This document shows, piece after piece, positions 34,801-39,215 of a DNA stretch of 39,215 nt (positions are counted from its first letter, which is position 1; each line of letters opens with the position of its first letter). The notes beneath the pieces are model-generated. The model worked only from the letters and a program-made list of their open reading frames with translations, was not told where the DNA came from and made no database searches. Made by a program: the position numbers and the translations under genes. The DNA comes from an uncultured Nitrospirota bacterium (GTDB lineage: Bacteria > Nitrospirota > Nitrospiria > SBBL01 > CAZOFZ01). The DNA lies in NCBI GenBank assembly GCA_964592995.1, contig CAZQIT010000174.1, forward strand, positions 1-39,215, read 5' to 3'.

Positions 34801-37270
34801 TCAGGGTCACCCCCGTGGCCGCGTCCGGTCCGTTATTCGTCACCGTCATGGTATAGGTCAAGCTGCTCCCCACCGTCACGGGGTCCGGAGATCCCGTATT
34901 TGTCACGGAGACTTCCGCAGAGGGGGTATCTATCGGAGCCACGATCTTGGCGATGAAGCCGTCATAACCACCAGCGTAAGCACCTTGCACGGGACCCATG
35001 ACGGGGAAATTGGGCGATAAGGTACTGCCGATGACATAGGCGCCGCCGGACGAGTCTACGGCAATGCCAATACCAAAGTCCCCATGGTCGCTCCCCAAGT
35101 AAGTCGAATAATCAAGACCTGAACCGGCCGGATTGAGTTTCGCAACAAAGGCATCGGTATTATTACCATAAGTGGTCTGTATGGCATTCACGTTGGGAAA
35201 ATCGGTCGAATAGGTATAGCCGGTCAAATAGGCGCTTCCGGATACGTCCACAGCAATGCCTACACCTTGATCTTCGCTGCTGCCCCCAAGAAATGTCGAA
35301 TAGACCAGCCCCGAACCGGCTGCGTTTAATTTCGTTATAAATCCATCCTCTTCTCCACCGTGAACGGCCTGGACGGGATTCGCTGTTGGAAAATCCGTCG
35401 AACTCGTTCTACCCGTCACGTAAGCGTTGCCAGCAGAATCTATCGCAATACCGTAACCCCGATCAATGCTGTTGCCCCCAAGAAATGTCGAATAGATCAG
35501 CGCCGAACCGGCCGCATTCAACTTCGTTACAAAGGCATCGGTCAACGATCCACCACGGATAGCCTGAAAAGGGTTTGCGGTAGGGAAATCATCCGACAAG
35601 GTGGTGCCCGTCACGTAAACGTTGCCGGCAAGATCCACTGCAATGCTGCGACCCTTCTCGGTATCCGTTCCACCGAGATAGGTGGAGTAGATGAACCCTG
35701 AACCCGCACCGTTCAGTTTTACCACAAAGACATCGACAATGCCATGGTTCACGTTCTGAATGGGATTCACTGTGGGAAAATTGGTCGAGGCCGTGTATCC
35801 CGTCACATAAGCACTACCGGAAGAATCCACAGCGATGCCCCAACCCTGATCATCCCTGCCGCCACCGAGATAAGTGGAATAGACAATCACCGAGCCGGTC
35901 GGATTCAGCTTCGTCACAAAGGCATCCGTTACGGAACCCCCATAAGAGGCCTGTGCAGCGCCCACGATCGGAAAATCGGTCGAGGCCGTGTATCCGGTCA
36001 CATAGGCATTGCCGGAAGAATCCACGGTGATGCCCAGACCCTGATCATCCTTGCCGCCACCGAGGTAGGTGGAGTAGACAAGCGCCGAGCCGGTCGGATT
36101 CAGCTTCGTCACAAAGGCATCCGCTATGGAACCCCCATAAGAGGCCTGTGCAGCGCCCACGATCGGAAAATCGGTCGAGGCCGTGTATCCGGTCACATAG
36201 GCATTGCCGGAAGAATCCACGGCGATGCCCAGACCCTGATCATCCCCGCCGCCACCGAGGTAGGTGGAGTAGACGAGCACCGGATCAATGACCAGCGGGC
36301 GGCTGCGGTCGTAGGCGGCGATCTGGAAGGAGACGCGGGGTGCGCTGTTCCCCTCACCCCTGCCCTTCCCCGCAAGGGGAGAGGGAGCAAGGTGACTCCC
36401 TGCACGGGGCGAAGGAGAGAGGCGATACCCGCCGGAAACCGGTACACGAACGCCGTCAATCTCCTGATAGATGATCGGCTTCTTCATCCGCATTTCGTCA
36501 CCCTCGACGGACAAAACCAAATCGCCGTTGTCGGCAATGCGTAGGGACGATGTTTGTAGGGGCGCACGGCCGTGCGCCCCTACAACGTCAAACCCAATTT
36601 TGTTCGGATCGGCCCCCGGCGCGACAACAAAGTCGTATTCCATTTGGCTCTGATTGCCGTAATAGACCAGGTCAATCCCCGAATAGATCGCCTCGTAGCG
36701 CACCTTGCCAAACGTGGGGATGTTCGTCCGCCATTTTTTCGGGTCTTTGCCGATGAGGTAATTTACCCGGCCCGGCAGCGCGGCCTCCCCCTCCATCTTT
36801 GGCGATGGATTCGCGCCGATCAATTTTATCCGCACCGTAGCGGCGGGTTCCGCATCACGAATCCCATCACCCCTACCCTCTCCCACAAGAGAGGGAGAAA
36901 ACCGGCGATCCACATCCCCCGTTTTGGATTTTGCTGACGGCTGATCGTTGATGTCTGCCGGCGCTTTCTCTTTTGCTGCCTTCTTCAACGTCAGCACCGC
37001 TTCTGTCGGTGTAAGATAGAGGCTGTAGCCGCTGCCGCGCGAGAGAAACCGCACCGCCTTCTCCGTCTGGCCCTGATTGGCCTCAAACGAAAGCGGCAGA
37101 TTGCCGTAACCGGATACGACCGCAGGGGCAGGTTGCAACGTGCCCCTGTGGTCGACATCGTTGGCGGCTGCGTGAAGCGGGTTGCCATTTGCCAGGATCG
37201 CCAAAGCCAGTACCAGAAGGATGAAAACCCCGTTGTGTGCTTTGTTGACGCCGCTATGTGTTTTGTCCAT
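31874..37270 (-). CDS. Secreted 1798-aa chimeric exoprotein: N-terminal module, about 9 SBBP repeats, DUF11-type repeat domain, unknown domain, Cys-type sulfatase, He_PIG Ig repeats and the shared C-terminal module
   Basis: Signal peptide. SBBP repeats at about nt 34930-36290. DUF11-like segment ([40 protein letters not shown]) at about 34620-34925. Sulfatase at about 32930-34150, with [13 protein letters not shown] and the formylglycine motif [13 protein letters not shown] (about 34009-34032). He_PIG repeats at about 32120-32900. GGGAGG RBS. Confidence 0.85.
   Translation of the reverse strand: [1798 protein letters not shown]
32120..32900. repeat. 261-bp (87-codon) tandem repeat x3 encoding He_PIG-type Ig domains; a fourth copy lies in the paralog at about 29200-29460
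   Basis: The string ACCGTGATCGTAAAAGG recurs at 32124 and 32385, offset by exactly 261 bp, and long stretches between are near-identical. The third unit is more diverged. Confidence 0.85.
35705..36290. repeat. 195-bp (65-codon) tandem SBBP units; two are near-identical at the DNA level
   Basis: GGATTCAGCTTCGTCACAAAGGCATCCG recurs at 35901 and 36096. The peptide [59 protein letters not shown] is repeated. Confidence 0.85.
36555..36584. repeat. Perfect 30-nt palindrome TGTAGGGGCGCACGG|CCGTGCGCCCCTACA in frame in the 1798-aa gene
   Basis: Read directly. It encodes [11 protein letters not shown]. It shares the AGGGGCG/CGCCCCT stem with the ligase palindrome. Confidence 0.92.
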
Positions 37271-37345
37271 TTAAGACCTCCCTGCTACAGAGGAAGACCC
37301 ATTCTCCCCTGCAGATCACTACCCTCGCGCGCCATTATGTCGTCA

Positions 37346-39215
37346 CTACGGCACACTGACGGCCTTTTCGCAATCCAGTGCGGTATCGGAATCGGCGCCG
37401 CCATAACATTTATCCGATCCGTCTCCGCCATCCATCAGATCGTTCCCGCGTCCTCCCCGGATCCGATCGTTCCCTCCATTACCATACAACTGGTCTGCGC
37501 CGGTGTCCCCCCGAATCACATCATTCCCCGCTCCGCCACAAATCACGTCGTCACCCCCCAAACCATTGATGCGATCATTTCCGCCCAAACCCTCTATCAC
37601 ATCCCGGCTATCGGTCCCCATCAGAACGTCAGAGCGCGATGTCCCGCGGATGGTCACCGGCAACCCATTGCAAATCCCCAGAGGTGAGGGATCCACACAA
37701 TTGGCAACCCCATCCCCGTCGGTGTCGGGGAAACCCTCGTCCACCTGGCCATCGCCGTCATTATTCACGCCATCGCAGGTCTCAACATCCATACAATCGG
37801 CAATGCCATCCCCGTCGGTGTCGGGGAAGCCTTCATCCACCGAACCATCCAGGTCGTTATCTCGCCCGTCACAAACTTCTGGCGTGGAGGCCGCCTTCAA
37901 CGGATCGGCACCTGCCGCCACCTCGGCCACATCCGGGACACCGTCGTTGTCATCGTCCGAATCGACACAATCGGCCGCCCCATCGCGGTCCAAGTCAGCG
38001 GAACCTTCATCAACGCCCTCATTCAGGTCGTTGTCCGCACCATCGCAGACCTCTGGCATCGATATCGCCTTCAACGGATCGGAACCCGCCGCCACCTCGT
38101 CCACATCCGAAGCGCCGTCGTTGTCATTGTCCAGATCAACGCAGTCGGCCACCCCATCGCCCTCTAGGTCTGGGGAACCTTCATCCACCGAACCATCTAG
38201 GTCGTTGTCCGCACCATCGCAGATTTCTGGCGTGGATGCCGCCTTCAACGGATCGGAACCCGCCGCCACCTCGTCCACATCCGAAGCGCCGTCGTTGTCA
38301 TCGTCCAAATCCAAGCAGTCCGTTATCCCATCCTTGTCAATGTCAAAGCCTTCATCCACCCCCGCATTCAGATCGTTGTCCAGACCATCGCAGACCTCCG
38401 GTGTCGATGCCGCATTCAACGGATCAGAACCGGCCGCCACCTCGTTCAGATCTGAAATACCGTCGTTGTCATCGTCCATGTCCACGCAGTCCGCTGTCCC
38501 ATCCCGGTCGGTGTCGGGGAAGCCCTCATTCACCGAACCATCTAGGTCGTTGTCTGCACCATCGCAGACTTCCGGTGTCGAGGCCGCATTCAATGGATCA
38601 GAACCCGCCACCACCTCACTCGCGTCTGAAGCGCCGTCATTGTCACCGTCCAGATCGACGCAATCCGCCAACGCGTCGCCATCGGTGTTGAGGAAGCCTT
38701 CATCCGTGCCGTCATTCAGGTCGTTGTCCGCACCATCGCAGACTTCCGGCGTCGAGGCCGCCTTCAACGGATCGGAACCCGCCGCCACCTCGTCCACATC
38801 CGAAGCGCCGTCGTTGTCATCGTCCAAATCCAAGCAGTCCGCTGTTCCATCCCCATCGGTGTCGGGGAAGCCTTCATCCGCACCCTGATTCCGGTCGTTG
38901 TCAACGCCATCACAGACCTCCGGCGTGGATATCGCCTTCAACGGATCAGAACCCGCCGCCACCTCATCCACATCCGAAGCACTGTCATTGTCATCATCCG
39001 GATCGACGCAGTCGGTCATCCCATCGCGGTCCAAGTCAGGGAAGCCTTCATTCACCGAACCATCTAGGTTGTTATCCGCTCCATCGCAAACTTCCGGCGT
39101 CGAGGCCGCATTCAACGGATCAGAACCGGCCGCCACCTCGGCCACATCCGAAGCACCGTCATTGTCGTCATCCGGATCAACGCAATCGGCCATTCCATCG
39201 CGGTCCAAGTCAGGG
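37346..39215 (-). CDS. 3' portion (at least 623 codons) of a giant acidic Ca-binding exoprotein: 58-aa TSP3/CDGxDND repeats and a C-terminal RTX nonapeptide block; the 5' end lies off the window
   Basis: The repeat unit is D.DGxADCVDxDDDNDGxSDxxEVAAGSDPLxAASTPEVCDGxDNDLxGxVDEGFP. The C-terminus reads GGNDRINGLGGDDVICGGAGNDVIRGDTGADQLYGNGGNDRIRGGRGNDLMDGGDGSD. The apparent M at 39208 is a TTG inside a repeat, and the frame is open to the window edge. Confidence 0.85.
   Translation of the reverse strand, partial: PDLDRDGMADCVDPDDDNDGASDVAEVAAGSDPLNAASTPEVCDGADNNLDGSVNEGFPDLDRDGMTDCVDPDDDNDSASDVDEVAAGSDPLKAISTPEVCDGVDNDRNQGADEGFPDTDGDGTADCLDLDDDNDGASDVDEVAAGSDPLKAASTPEVCDGADNDLNDGTDEGFLNTDGDALADCVDLDGDNDGASDASEVVAGSDPLNAASTPEVCDGADNDLDGSVNEGFPDTDRDGTADCVDMDDDNDGISDLNEVAAGSDPLNAASTPEVCDGLDNDLNAGVDEGFDIDKDGITDCLDLDDDNDGASDVDEVAAGSDPLKAASTPEICDGADNDLDGSVDEGSPDLEGDGVADCVDLDNDNDGASDVDEVAAGSDPLKAISMPEVCDGADNDLNEGVDEGSADLDRDGAADCVDSDDDNDGVPDVAEVAAGADPLKAASTPEVCDGRDNDLDGSVDEGFPDTDGDGIADCMDVETCDGVNNDGDGQVDEGFPDTDGDGVANCVDPSPLGICNGLPVTIRGTSRSDVLMGTDSRDVIEGLGGNDRINGLGGDDVICGGAGNDVIRGDTGADQLYGNGGNDRIRGGRGNDLMDGGDGSDKCYGGADSDTALDCEKAVSVP
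37700..39215. repeat. Tandem array of about 174-bp (58-codon) units, at least 8 copies, continuing beyond the window
   Basis: The periodicity is visible in both the DNA and the translation. It also produces long stop-free antisense frames. Confidence 0.85.

Noticed and set aside
37503-38888. 461-aa and 350-aa plus-strand ORFs (Ser/Pro-rich and Pro/Arg/His-rich)
   Set aside because: Both are antisense frames of the 174-bp tandem array. Their periodicity simply mirrors the minus-strand repeat. They have no RBS and no recognisable domains.
37700-39215. The regular 174-bp periodic repeats could superficially suggest a CRISPR-like array
   Set aside because: The units are contiguous, with no unique spacers. 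They are far longer than CRISPR repeats and form one continuous, well-behaved ORF. No cas genes are present.

Overview
This is a 39.2-kb, moderately GC-rich chromosomal segment from a diderm environmental bacterium. Sigma-54 machinery, a PEP-CTERM sorting signal, pilus/T2SS parts and a beta-barrel OMP support that; I cannot assign taxonomy from sequence alone. All function calls rest on motifs I recognise in the supplied translations, not on searches.

I count about 33 protein genes plus one tRNA-Pro(CGG). I found no rRNA, CRISPR, transposase or integrase.

Positions 1-28.2 kb are mostly housekeeping:
- groES-groEL.
- A minus-strand operon: AprA-like flavoprotein, small RHH protein, etfB, patatin-like lipase, etfA.
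- A sigma-54-promoted PEP-CTERM protein and a 13-blade BNR/Ycf48-like double propeller.
- A J-domain protein, an Alvin-type ferredoxin plus GspG-like pseudopilin, ccdA, apt, a group-2 sigma factor and thiE.
- A C-terminally truncated uvrC abutting pilC-pilS-pilR.
- An ICMT-family methyltransferase, DUF2400, DUF192 and a lone ABC-2 permease.
- A Lig1-type ATP-dependent DNA ligase and cimA.

Positions 28.2-39.2 kb are accessory. They hold a co-oriented cluster of a small beta-barrel OMP and three giant repeat exoproteins. One of these is a 1798-aa chimera with a Cys-type sulfatase embedded in an SBBP/DUF11/Ig scaffold. Another is a Ca-binding TSP3/CDGxDND array with an RTX tail that runs off the window.

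The most unusual sequence-level signal is a family of GC-rich hairpin or palindromic DNA elements built on AGGGG/CCCCT stems, together with short tandem repeats. These sit in frame inside otherwise conserved genes (groES, DUF192, DNA ligase, cimA and the giant exoproteins). One identical 18-mer array is translated in two different reading frames in two genes.

I do not see a clean, self-contained novel multi-gene system such as a defence island. The best candidates for something undescribed are the exoprotein/sulfatase cluster, the ETF operon carrying an orphan AprA-like enzyme and a patatin insert, and the in-frame hairpin-repeat phenomenon.
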